From Candidatus Thorarchaeota archaeon (GTDB lineage: Archaea > Asgardarchaeota > Thorarchaeia > Thorarchaeales > Thorarchaeaceae), in assembly GCA_038893995.1 (NCBI GenBank), contig JAWAQK010000022.1:1-35832 (forward strand): a stretch of 35,832 nt of DNA, written 5' to 3'. Below, piece after piece: positions 27,069-35,832 of this stretch. The notes under the pieces are model-generated. The model searched no databases and was not told the origin of the DNA. It saw only the letters and a program-made list of their open reading frames with translations. A program made the translations under genes and the position numbers. Numbering within the stretch: position 1 is the stretch's first letter; every line of letters begins with the position of its first letter.

Positions 27069-28511
27069 ATGAAGGGACAGCAGTCTATGAGGCGATTCTC
27101 CCGTTTCTTTGGACTCGAGGATCCGACTCCCAAGGCGGTAGATCTGGTGAGGCGCATGGTCCTCTTCATGCCCGCTGCAATATCAGCATACATGATCTCT
27201 ACCACGTTCTGGATGATTCAGATCGCGGAGTCGCTTGGTGGCGGGGACTACATGGCTGGACTGGGAATGGTAGGCGTTCTCGTCGTCGTTCAGCTCCTGG
27301 TTCAGATCCTCTTGGACTATCCCTCGGGCGCTCTAGGTGATCGCATTGGGCAACGGTACGTGGTCATGCTGGCTCTTCTGACCCATTCGGCTGCATTCTG
27401 GTTTACGTCGATGGTCGAGCCGACTTCTCCTTATGAGTACTTCATTGCCATCTATGTCCTGAGGGGAATTGGACAGTCACAGGAGTCGGGTGCCTGGACT
27501 GCATGGATGGACAACAACTACCGTGCTGCCATGCCCCATGACAGGGATCGAAAGATGTACGGAGTCATGTCAGGCCGCTTGGGACTGATTCGTGAGGTCG
27601 TTGCAACGGTCGTCCTGCTGCCTGGATCATGGCTCGCAGTCACGTACTCCCGCGCATGGGTATTCAGGCTCCAGGCCCTGCTCTGCGCAATTCTTGCGCT
27701 TGCTGCAGTCAGAGTCTTGAGAGACTTTCCTGAGGTCGAGACAATACGGAGTAGGCAGACCGCAAGAGGGTATACCGGAGTACTGAGAGATGGCATTCGA
27801 TTCCTTGGCTCAAGTCGTTTTGTACTCCTGGTCATCACCGGTGAAGTCATCATATGGTCAGTCGGTGTGGTCTGGTGGGACCTGCTGCTCTTTCCGCTCT
27901 ATTACACATACCTGACTACGGATGTGGCAGTAGCAGCCTATAGGACACTCATCTTCGTACCCAACATAGTCTCTGTCGAACGCAGCGGTGTCTGGAGCCG
28001 GCGACTCGAGCCGACCAAGTGGGTGCCTCGACTCAGGGTACTGCAGTTTGGTGGTTTCTTGTTCTACGTACTACTGTCGGCCATCACGCTATTGTTTCCC
28101 GGTCCGAGCGACTCTGGCGACCTCTTCAGGATATATGCCCCGTTCACAGACATTCCACTCATTGAGGCGCCAGTACAGTCCCTCGTCCCGATCTTCCTGA
28201 TCTTTGTCACCTTCACGATTGGTGACTTTGCAGGTTCATTTGCTGGTATACTATCACAGAGAATCATGCTCGATGTGATTCCAAATCGGATTCGAAACAG
28301 CCTCTACTCGCTGCAGCCAACCCTCGCCATGATTCTCGCTGCTGTCCTGATTCCCATCTTCAGTTATCTGTTACCGTCAAGTGGTTTTGGACCCACTTTC
28401 GCCCTTGCCGGACTCATTACTCTGATAGGCTCCACCCTGGTGTGGGCCGGCTTCTGTCAGCCGATACCTGCTTCAGAGGACATCGATGCTTTTGGCCAGG
28501 AACCATCTTGA
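27069..28511 (+). CDS. MFS transporter
   Basis: LLDYPSGALGDRIGQR, SQESGAWTAW, DVIPNRIRNSLYSL; about 12 TM segments. Confidence 0.9.
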   Translation: MKGQQSMRRFSRFFGLEDPTPKAVDLVRRMVLFMPAAISAYMISTTFWMIQIAESLGGGDYMAGLGMVGVLVVVQLLVQILLDYPSGALGDRIGQRYVVMLALLTHSAAFWFTSMVEPTSPYEYFIAIYVLRGIGQSQESGAWTAWMDNNYRAAMPHDRDRKMYGVMSGRLGLIREVVATVVLLPGSWLAVTYSRAWVFRLQALLCAILALAAVRVLRDFPEVETIRSRQTARGYTGVLRDGIRFLGSSRFVLLVITGEVIIWSVGVVWWDLLLFPLYYTYLTTDVAVAAYRTLIFVPNIVSVERSGVWSRRLEPTKWVPRLRVLQFGGFLFYVLLSAITLLFPGPSDSGDLFRIYAPFTDIPLIEAPVQSLVPIFLIFVTFTIGDFAGSFAGILSQRIMLDVIPNRIRNSLYSLQPTLAMILAAVLIPIFSYLLPSSGFGPTFALAGLITLIGSTLVWAGFCQPIPASEDIDAFGQEPS

Positions 28512-28636
28512 CTCTGACCGTTCCGTCAGGTCGTTCTTTCGATGGTACAGCAGATTGAGACGATTGCAGATCCCCTTGCAATAGCTACTCATGCGACCTG
28601 ACCAATCATTTATCTTGATCGGGGCGTACAGATCTG

Positions 28637-28656
28637 GGGATACGTGAGTGTATCCC
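28637..28656. promoter_or_regulatory. Palindrome GGGATAC-N6-GTATCCC between the TATA-like box and RBS of the ATP-cone gene
   Basis: Arms at 28637-28643 and 28650-28656; TTTAT near 28609; GGAGG at 28659. Confidence 0.4.
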
Positions 28657-28673
28657 ACGGAGGCAAAGCTGAG

Positions 28674-28919
28674 ATGCAAGTGCGAAAACGTGATGGATCT
28701 ATTGAGGCATTCATGCCCGAGAAGATAGTGGTCAGTATTGTGAAGTCAGGTGCGCCCTATGAAACAGCAAGAGAGATTGCAGCGACCATATCGGAGAGGA
28801 CCGAAGCCCAGCTGGACACATCGGTGATCCGAGAGTTGGTGCTTGATCAGCTGAAGCGCAGAGGACACGAGCAGTCCGTCATACATTGGCGTGAGTACGA
28901 TGCGAGGAAGCACTCGTAG
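28674..28919 (+). CDS. Stand-alone ATP-cone domain protein
   Basis: MQVRKRDGSIEAFMPEKIVVSI...TSVIRELVLDQL...Y; 81 aa. Confidence 0.88.
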   Translation: MQVRKRDGSIEAFMPEKIVVSIVKSGAPYETAREIAATISERTEAQLDTSVIRELVLDQLKRRGHEQSVIHWREYDARKHS

Positions 28920-29070
28920 CTATAGTCGTCCAGGGCCCGCCAGAGACTCTACGACTACTGTACGGAGATCTTCCGGACTGTAGATCATTGTCAGGTTATC
29001 TTGTGGTCCCCGTGGCATCCACCACTGGTGCTCACCACTCTCATCGTGAACAGTGATACCGCAACTCCAG

Positions 29071-30267
29071 TCAACGAAATACCCTTGAACAAAGGTAACC
29101 TGGCGCCACTCTCAATAGTGTACTGCTCACTGACCGATCGCCCACAAGCATCTCAGCAATGGTGCGTCTTGCCTTCTCGGAACTCAACGATCTGGTGTGG
29201 GTCATCCCGCTGCCTGGCCTAGCAAGGAGTTTCTGGAGTCTCAGTCCCCACCGGAGGTCTGAGCCCATTGCCCTTGTCCACAGTTTCTCGTAGTTTCGTA
29301 GTAGGTGCACTGGCCGTTCAGATCGTACTGCGTCCGATGCGACCATGCCCGCTAGGCCGCCTGCGACCATGGAGTAGTAGATTCCCTCCCCCGTGATTGG
29401 CGAACAATGCGCCCCTGCATCACCTGCTAGTAGGATGTGCCTCGAGAACGATGGCCTCACTATGCCGGCGAGCGGAACCAATGCCGCCCTCGTCTTGACC
29501 AGCCCTGTCTGGACGTACTCCCCTGCCAGTGTTCTGCTGTATTGGACCACACGGTCGAGGTAGTTCTTCATGTCCGCTCTCTGACGCTTTACTCTCTGTA
29601 CTATTCCTCCCGTTCCAATGACCACCTCCCTTCTCCTGGGAAAGATCCACGCATAGGCTCCTGGCGAGAACTCATGGCCGTAGAGGAAGGTGTTTGTGGC
29701 CTCGATCTGACTGTCACTAGTGAATTCCATCTCAGACTGTATCGCATATCCCACTTGGTCGTCTTCAAGCCGCCGCCTGACTTGTCCTGACCTGACAGAG
29801 ATGGGGCTGACACCGCTAGCATCTATGAGCACTCTGGTCTTCACTGTGTACGTTGACTCGTCCGTCTGACATATGACCTCGCAGCGGTCATGGTACTCCA
29901 CCACTCTGCTGACAATGGTGTTGAGTCTGACCTCGCAAGTTCCCTTGCCTGCCCAGTCAAGGAGCGTCGATCCCAGATCTCCTCTTGAAACATTGTACCC
30001 AACTACCCTGTCGAAGTGTACTGTGTGCGCCTCTTGACCAGGAAATCTGATCCGGATATTCCTTATCGGGTACATCTTGTCGTTTGGCTGGACCCCAAAT
30101 GAGCGAAGCGCACGAGTTGGCACGAATCCGCCGCAGACCTTCGTCTCGCCTGGGGATCTCTCCTTGCTGATGAGGAGCGCCTCTGCACATCTTTCGTTCA
30201 TGACCCGCGCAGCGGCAAGGCCTGCAGGACCAGCACCGATGATCACGATATCAGCAGACTCTGACAT
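29071..30267 (-). CDS. Geranylgeranyl reductase family FAD-dependent oxidoreductase
   Basis: IIGAGPAG, VCGG, DASG, YAWIFP, LLAGDAG...PITGEGIYYSM. Confidence 0.9.
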   Translation of the reverse strand: MSESADIVIIGAGPAGLAAARVMNERCAEALLISKERSPGETKVCGGFVPTRALRSFGVQPNDKMYPIRNIRIRFPGQEAHTVHFDRVVGYNVSRGDLGSTLLDWAGKGTCEVRLNTIVSRVVEYHDRCEVICQTDESTYTVKTRVLIDASGVSPISVRSGQVRRRLEDDQVGYAIQSEMEFTSDSQIEATNTFLYGHEFSPGAYAWIFPRRREVVIGTGGIVQRVKRQRADMKNYLDRVVQYSRTLAGEYVQTGLVKTRAALVPLAGIVRPSFSRHILLAGDAGAHCSPITGEGIYYSMVAGGLAGMVASDAVRSERPVHLLRNYEKLWTRAMGSDLRWGLRLQKLLARPGSGMTHTRSLSSEKARRTIAEMLVGDRSVSSTLLRVAPGYLCSRVFR

Positions 30268-30378
30268 GACAGGAACCCGGTCGTTGTTGGCAATAAGAAT
30301 GTTCGGAATTGTGGCAGCTCTGGAGATGGTAAACGTTTAGTGTCCACGGTACACTCGAGCTGTTTGACCGTACACGTT

Positions 30379-30466
30379 AGAGTCTGACAGACGGCTTCCA
30401 TGCGTGAACACGACGATCTGCATCGTGTACATGTAAACCAATCGCATGGGCGTACTGTCAGCCTCT
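30379..30466. other. Long nested inverted repeat in an intergenic spacer
   Basis: CTGACAG 30384/CTGTCAG 30455, CCATGCG 30398/CGCATGG 30443 and ACACGA 30408/TCGTGT 30423 are nested. Confidence 0.5.
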
Positions 30467-30564
30467 TGCACGGACAAGGGCTTCGGAGTACCAATCTCCT
30501 TATATCTATCCCTGCCGCATAAATGCGTAGTACCCTTAGAGCTTCCTCACGGTAGGCGGAGAGA

Positions 30565-33096
30565 GTGACGGTAAGGCCACTCATGGTACTCAGCGAGAGA
30601 CACCTGGACGTAGCAAAACGACTGACCAAGTCCAGAGTAGTCGCTGATGCGGTCATAGTCAACTCATTTGCCCGTGCAAAGAAGGTCTACAATGGACAAG
30701 CTCCTGATGTCATATTGTCAGAGTGCCGAATCGGTAGAACCTCCTGCCTCTCTCTTGCCCGTTCGATCCAGCGGACTCAGAAACATCCGGTACTTGTTGT
30801 GATTGCAGGTCAATCTGACCTAGACGTGGCTGCGCAGGCCCTTCAATACACGACCGGACACATAGTCCTTGACAGGGACGACCCCGTACACCTCTACCGA
30901 AGGATCGAGAAGATACTGTCCGAGATAGACGCCAGGCCGCACATCGGCACAGGTGGTATGTGGCAACAGTGTGGGTCGATGCTCGATGCGATCAAGGACG
31001 GTGTTCACCTTGTAGATCGCAACCTGAGGATAGTCTTTGTGAACGAGTCTCTCCTCCTGTGGATACAGCTCTTCGGGATTGCTCCCGACATAGTTGGCAG
31101 ACATATCAGAGATGCGTTTCCGTTCTTGAGCGAGAGTGTCCTGAGCCGGTATCAGAGTGTCTTCGAGTCGGGAACCCCTAATTCAGACATCGACCACATG
31201 GTCCTGGACGGACGGCCAGTGTGGACAGAGGTCCGCAGATTCCCCGTATGGGACGGTGATCGGGTGTCGTATGTGATCACGGTGCTACGAGACATCACCG
31301 AACAGAAAGAGACTGAGCAGAAACTCGCCGAGAGCGAGAGGGTCCATAGGACGATTGTTCGGTCGATTGGTGAAACGGTACTTGTCGTAGATCCGCAGAA
31401 CAGGGTCACAGAGTATCATGGTACTGAGATCGAGCATCCCCTGCTGAGGCATGCGCATGTATTGGGCAAGAGTATCGGTGAAATCCTTCCTCAGGACTTC
31501 ACGACAAGATTCCTGGATCGCGTCAAGCAGGTGCGTGCGACAGGTACAGCAGCAAGACTGGATTTCACACTGCCCTCTGACAATGCGACCGAGTGGTTCT
31601 CGGCTGTCATAACTCCTCATGAGAGCACGGACGACATAGTCGTAGTGATCAGAAACATCACAGACAAGAAAGCCGTAGAGGAACTGTTCCGGTCATCTGA
31701 GGCGGTATACCATGCTGTCTTCGACGGGACGGTTGAGGGCATGCTCATCTGCGAACACACGAGCATGAAGATTCTATCTGCAAACCGTAGTATCTGCAAT
31801 ATGTTTGGGTATGCACCCGACGAGTTTCTGCAGATGACACTCGATAGGCTGTTTGTCAATATGGTCGCCGCGCAGGTACTCCAGCAACTGAGAGAGGCAT
31901 CTCGTGGACAACCTAAGAGATTGACCACTGTCCCATGCATTCGCCGTGATGGCACACGCTTCGTTGCTGATATTTCGTGCACTGATGTGAACGTCGGTGA
32001 CAAGACATTAGACGTAGTATTCGTGAGCGACGTGACTGACCGTGAACTTCATCAGGCCGCGATTCGAAGGTCCGAGGAGTGGCTCCGCAGCATAATTCAG
32101 GACTCCCCAGTTGCGATTCGTGTGTTCGATGCGGACGGAAGACTTGTCACGGCCAATCACGCGTGTCTGGATCTGATGGGTGTGTCGTCAGTATCCGACC
32201 TACGACCGCTCAGTATCTTTGATGACCCATCTGTTCCGAAGGACGTGATAGAGAAGGTCAACGCCGGCGAAAGGGTCAGAAGTGTGAGTACCCTGGACTT
32301 CGACCTGGTACGTAAGCTTGGTCTATACCCCACTTATCGTACCGACAAGATATACCTTGACGTGTCGTATTCCCCTCTGGTATACGAAGACCGTGTCCAG
32401 GGGTACATCGTCCAGGCCAACGACATAACTCTGCTGAAGAGACAGAGAGACGAGCTCAGCGAGTTTGCCCACAGTATGGCGCACGACATTCGGTCAAGCC
32501 TACATACGATCCTGGTCGCATCAGAGCTCGCAAGACAGGAATGTGACTCGAAGCACATCGACAATGTAGAGGCTACTGCCAGACAGGTCATTGAACTTGT
32601 GTCAACGTCCGTCGAGCTGGCTGATGCGGGCCTGGTTGTTGGGACCCCGGAGAAGGTAGATCTGCGGGCCATCGTCGAGGAGGTGGCTGCGCGGGTAGTG
32701 CCAGGTCATATTGCACTCAACATCGGTCCAATGCCCCTAATAGAATGTGATAGGGCCAGGCTGGTCAGGGTGGTCGAGAACATATTGAGAAACGCTGTCG
32801 AACACGGAAAACCAACGAAGATAGACGTTCGCTTCATCAGTCATGCAGATCATGACGAGTTCATCATCTTGAACGATGGCGTTCGAATTCCCCATGCTCA
32901 TCGAGGTCGTCTCTTTGAGAGGGGATACTCCACAAAACCACATGGTGGGCTTGGCCTCTTCATTGTCAAGAAGATTGTCGAGGCGCATGGCTGGATGATA
33001 TCGCTCAAGGACTCCGAAGAGACTGCCTTCTCCATCATTATGCCCAAACGCTCCAAAGTGTATGGTAGGCATTCCGAGGACTGGTCTCTCTCCTGA
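30565..33096 (+). CDS. Pseudo-receiver, 4x PAS sensor histidine kinase
   Basis: N-terminal REC-like PDVILSE...AAQAL; four PAS repeats; AHDIRS, NILRNAVEHG, NDG, GGLGLFIVKK. Confidence 0.9.
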   Translation: MTVRPLMVLSERHLDVAKRLTKSRVVADAVIVNSFARAKKVYNGQAPDVILSECRIGRTSCLSLARSIQRTQKHPVLVVIAGQSDLDVAAQALQYTTGHIVLDRDDPVHLYRRIEKILSEIDARPHIGTGGMWQQCGSMLDAIKDGVHLVDRNLRIVFVNESLLLWIQLFGIAPDIVGRHIRDAFPFLSESVLSRYQSVFESGTPNSDIDHMVLDGRPVWTEVRRFPVWDGDRVSYVITVLRDITEQKETEQKLAESERVHRTIVRSIGETVLVVDPQNRVTEYHGTEIEHPLLRHAHVLGKSIGEILPQDFTTRFLDRVKQVRATGTAARLDFTLPSDNATEWFSAVITPHESTDDIVVVIRNITDKKAVEELFRSSEAVYHAVFDGTVEGMLICEHTSMKILSANRSICNMFGYAPDEFLQMTLDRLFVNMVAAQVLQQLREASRGQPKRLTTVPCIRRDGTRFVADISCTDVNVGDKTLDVVFVSDVTDRELHQAAIRRSEEWLRSIIQDSPVAIRVFDADGRLVTANHACLDLMGVSSVSDLRPLSIFDDPSVPKDVIEKVNAGERVRSVSTLDFDLVRKLGLYPTYRTDKIYLDVSYSPLVYEDRVQGYIVQANDITLLKRQRDELSEFAHSMAHDIRSSLHTILVASELARQECDSKHIDNVEATARQVIELVSTSVELADAGLVVGTPEKVDLRAIVEEVAARVVPGHIALNIGPMPLIECDRARLVRVVENILRNAVEHGKPTKIDVRFISHADHDEFIILNDGVRIPHAHRGRLFERGYSTKPHGGLGLFIVKKIVEAHGWMISLKDSEETAFSIIMPKRSKVYGRHSEDWSLS

Positions 33097-33201
33097 GGGC
33101 ATCGCATCCCAGTCTTCTTGTATTACTGGCGGTCCAGGTGGATATGCTCACTTGGCAGCATTTCATGATAACACTCTGGTCACTGCCTGCGTCTGCTATG
33201 C

Positions 33202-35010
33202 TCATGTCTGGGTAGCGTTCACATTTACCGCAGGGAATCTGAGAACAACCTTGAGTCCACGCTCGGGCTTGTTTCGGATCCGGTCCTCGACTCTGAGTGT
33301 ACCCCCATATTTGTCTACGAGCGTGTTCACGATCATCAGACCGAGTCCCTTAGTCTTATGGTTCTTGAATACACTCTTCTTCTCCTCGTCACTGAGGCCG
33401 GGTCCGTTGTCCGCTACTGATATCTCCACCATGTCACTCTGAACTCTCTCAGATATCCAGACTGTTGGATTTCTCGACCTGTTATGTTTGAGTGCGTTCT
33501 CGAGAAGATTCCAGAACAACTGGCCCACTGCGCCATCAGCCATGATCATTGCAGGCCGCTCGATCTTCAACACAGTCTTGACCCTGTAGAGCTTTGCCAA
33601 CGTCTTCACAGCGTTGTCCAGTTCTGAAACAATGTCGAAGGGTTTCAGTGGTTCCGAACGTGACTGCTCAAGTTCGCGCACCCTTCGTATTATCTGCAGA
33701 CATTTCTCAGTGGCTGAACTTATGTAGTCACAGGAAGACCTGACCTGATCGGGGGTTGGACTGATACCAACCATCTCTATGCTGTTGGATATCAGCTGGA
33801 GCTGATTGCCAATGTCGTGAACCAGCAGATTGAGAAGCAGTCTTGCCTCTTCTTCCGCTCTCCTTAGTCCTGATATGTCTGAGACCACTGCAAATGAGCC
33901 GACGTAGTTCTTGTGTCTATCGAGTAGTGGTGCTGCGCTTAGCACCACTGGGATGAGACGTCCTGTCTTGTGAATAAGATGTGACTCGTATCTCTCCGTC
34001 AGACCGCGCATGCGAGCGACCTTCTTCTCCTCAAATACATCTTTCGTGATACCGTGGAAGAGATCCCAGTCGGCCTTCCCGATCAGTTCCTCCTTCCTCT
34101 CGTACCCCGCCATCCTTGCGAGGGCATCGTTAGCGTACACGATTCTCCCTGTGTCGTCGTCTATTGCCAGACCATCTGTCATTGTTTCAACAAGGGATCT
34201 GAACCTGTACTCACTCTCGACTAGCGCTTCGCGGCTCTTGACCACATCCGTGATGTCGATCAGCTGTGCGACGGTCTTGACCTCGCCAGTCCGCGTTCTG
34301 GTCACGGCACTGGCTATCTGAACATCCATCACTTCTCCGTTCTTCCGGACTATCTTGAACTCGTAGATAGGAGGGACTGGCTCGCCCTTCTGACGTTGGA
34401 TGTACCTGCTCTCGACAATCTTGACCCAGTCCGGATGAACATATAGTCGGAAGTCGGTCCCCAGTATCTCGTCCCTTGTTCGACCCAACATCTCGCAGAG
34501 TCTGTCATTCACGTATTCGAACTTGTAGTCCGTCCCCACGACAAGTGTACCGGCTCTAGAGTGAGTGACTGCGAACTTGAGCAGATCAATGACATCAGAC
34601 TCTCTCGAGAGTCTACGCTCCCTCATTGTCATGTCGAACGCTATGGCCGCATATCCACAGAGTTCACCATCGCGAGTGATCCTGAAGGCAGTCACCTCAA
34701 TTGGGACTCTCTGACCACCCTCTGACAGTATCTCAACTGAGATCGAGCGGATCTCGGTCCCTGGTAGTATCCTCTCTATCCCAGCTCTCACCAGTGCTGG
34801 ATACTCGCGGGCCAGGAGTTTGTCGACCAGGGGTCTCTCTCTCAGGATAGATTCGTTCGTTCCTAACAACCTCAGACCGGCCCGGTTTGCATAGAACAGT
34901 CTCAGGTCCATGTCAAACTCGAAGATGGGTATCTGAGAGCATTCAGCGAAGGCCCGCAGTATTCCCTCTTCTATGTCTGTGGGGTACTCTTCATTGCAGG
35001 TCACGTACAC
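33202..35010 (-). CDS. 3x PAS sensor histidine kinase
   Basis: PAS repeats; LVHDIGNQLQ, NLLENALKH, DNGPG, GLGLMIV. GTG 35010 follows GGAGG (the track extends to 35055). Confidence 0.9.
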   Translation of the reverse strand: MYVTCNEEYPTDIEEGILRAFAECSQIPIFEFDMDLRLFYANRAGLRLLGTNESILRERPLVDKLLAREYPALVRAGIERILPGTEIRSISVEILSEGGQRVPIEVTAFRITRDGELCGYAAIAFDMTMRERRLSRESDVIDLLKFAVTHSRAGTLVVGTDYKFEYVNDRLCEMLGRTRDEILGTDFRLYVHPDWVKIVESRYIQRQKGEPVPPIYEFKIVRKNGEVMDVQIASAVTRTRTGEVKTVAQLIDITDVVKSREALVESEYRFRSLVETMTDGLAIDDDTGRIVYANDALARMAGYERKEELIGKADWDLFHGITKDVFEEKKVARMRGLTERYESHLIHKTGRLIPVVLSAAPLLDRHKNYVGSFAVVSDISGLRRAEEEARLLLNLLVHDIGNQLQLISNSIEMVGISPTPDQVRSSCDYISSATEKCLQIIRRVRELEQSRSEPLKPFDIVSELDNAVKTLAKLYRVKTVLKIERPAMIMADGAVGQLFWNLLENALKHNRSRNPTVWISERVQSDMVEISVADNGPGLSDEEKKSVFKNHKTKGLGLMIVNTLVDKYGGTLRVEDRIRNKPERGLKVVLRFPAVNVNATQT

Positions 35011-35017
35011 GGGGGCC

Positions 35018-35035
35018 TCCAGATGCGCATCTGGA
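35018..35035. promoter_or_regulatory. Perfect 18-bp palindrome TCCAGATGCGCATCTGGA overlapping the kinase RBS
   Basis: Exactly self-reverse-complementary; overlaps the minus-strand GGAGG at 35016-35020. Confidence 0.45.
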
Positions 35036-35674
35036 CACGCAATCCATCCCCACAATCCCCCTATTTAGCTTTGCAGAATGGACAGGAGACACTGACACTG
35101 AACCACTGACGCTCTTCAGCATGGTCTGGAACGGGCCCACAGCCTGACCTGTAATCTGCATGCTCTGATGCCTCTCTCTTCTGACAGTGCACTCAGAAGT
35201 GATTGTCGACTGTAGACCCTACTACGTCGCAGGGCTCACGAGCCAGAGACCAATGCGGAAGGATGACTCTCCAGATTCGGAATCTCGGGGCTGGCAGTCC
35301 CACCATGACGAGGAGCGACTCGTGTGGTCGCTCATGAGGGTATTGCTGGGGTGACCCAGGTCGTATCTCCAGAGACTTGAGACTGGATCGTGGCACCACG
35401 GGGATTGGTCTGGGATCTTAGGTCGGGCCTAGGGGCGGCTCCGGACTGTTCCAACGAGTGAGGAAACCACCATGCCAAGGCATGAAAAGCCGGTTCCTTC
35501 TACTTGTGCTCATTCAGATGCCCGGGATAGATATTCAGCGGAGAAAGATAGAAATGGTACGATATCGTGAGAGTTCGCGCTGCTCTGCAGTGGTAAATGT
35601 CCAGCGATGGAAGCGCAGAGCCGATTGAGGGTGCTATGGATAATGAGATTAGAGTCTACTAGCCTTGCAGTCAT

Positions 35675-35832
35675 TCAGTTGTGCCAGTCTGAGCGTACTC
35701 GCTTCATCGCGGAGGAGAGAGACCCCCGAAAACCCTGTGCCCTCGTGTCCGGGGGCGCGTTAACGACAAAGCCATCTGCGGAGAACACCATGTCTTCGAA
35801 CTCTTTAGTCACTTCTACTGTTTCACGCGTGT
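35675..35832 (-). CDS. Possible 3' end of a gene entering from the right edge
   Basis: Open frame TRETVEVTKEFEDMVFSADGFVVNAPP...DWHN to TGA at 35677-35675; no recognised motif. Confidence 0.3.
   Translation of the reverse strand, partial: TRETVEVTKEFEDMVFSADGFVVNAPPDTRAQGFRGSLSSAMKRVRSDWHN

Noticed and set aside
35458-35490. GAGGAAACCACC resembling the RNase P RNA P4 5' strand
   Set aside because: It does not match GAGGAAAGUCC/GAGGAAACUCC, and no complementary 3' P4 motif was found.
1-35832. Mobile elements, tRNA, rRNA, canonical defence systems
   Set aside because: No transposase or integrase motifs, cloverleaf, rRNA signatures or nuclease/NTPase defence genes were recognised.

Overview
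A GC-rich, gene-dense archaeal region, most consistent with an Asgard archaeon of the Thorarchaeota type. This assignment is inferred from the 22-aa LRR family, orphan multi-PAS histidine kinases, CofE, geranylgeranyl reductase, tungsten-type AOR, GGAGGTG RBSs and frequent GTG/TTG starts. The left end is a catabolic cluster (probable DUF917 3' end, hydantoin/Asp-Glu racemase, MFS, LLM oxidoreductase, AOR and its ferredoxin), followed by a TIM-barrel isomerase, nitroreductase, serine-racemase-like PLP enzyme and P1B ATPase. Next, a PAS histidine kinase with a C-terminal CxxC thioredoxin-like domain converges on a divergent dsrE/tusA sulfur-relay unit with a dyad-symmetric promoter. The middle holds membrane and hypothetical genes, three LRR genes (two sharing an unrecognised ~200-aa C-terminal domain), cofE and an HDAC/SCP2-like/amidohydrolase/thioredoxin/PRC-barrel cluster. 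The right end has an MFS, a stand-alone ATP-cone, a GGR-family reductase and two convergent PAS kinases, one with a pseudo-receiver. No rRNA, tRNA, CRISPR or mobile element was seen. The best candidates for undescribed systems are the thioredoxin-fused kinase with its free thioredoxin paralog and TusA/DsrE neighbours, and the LRR plus conserved-CTD family. All calls come from reading motifs by eye; no searches were run.
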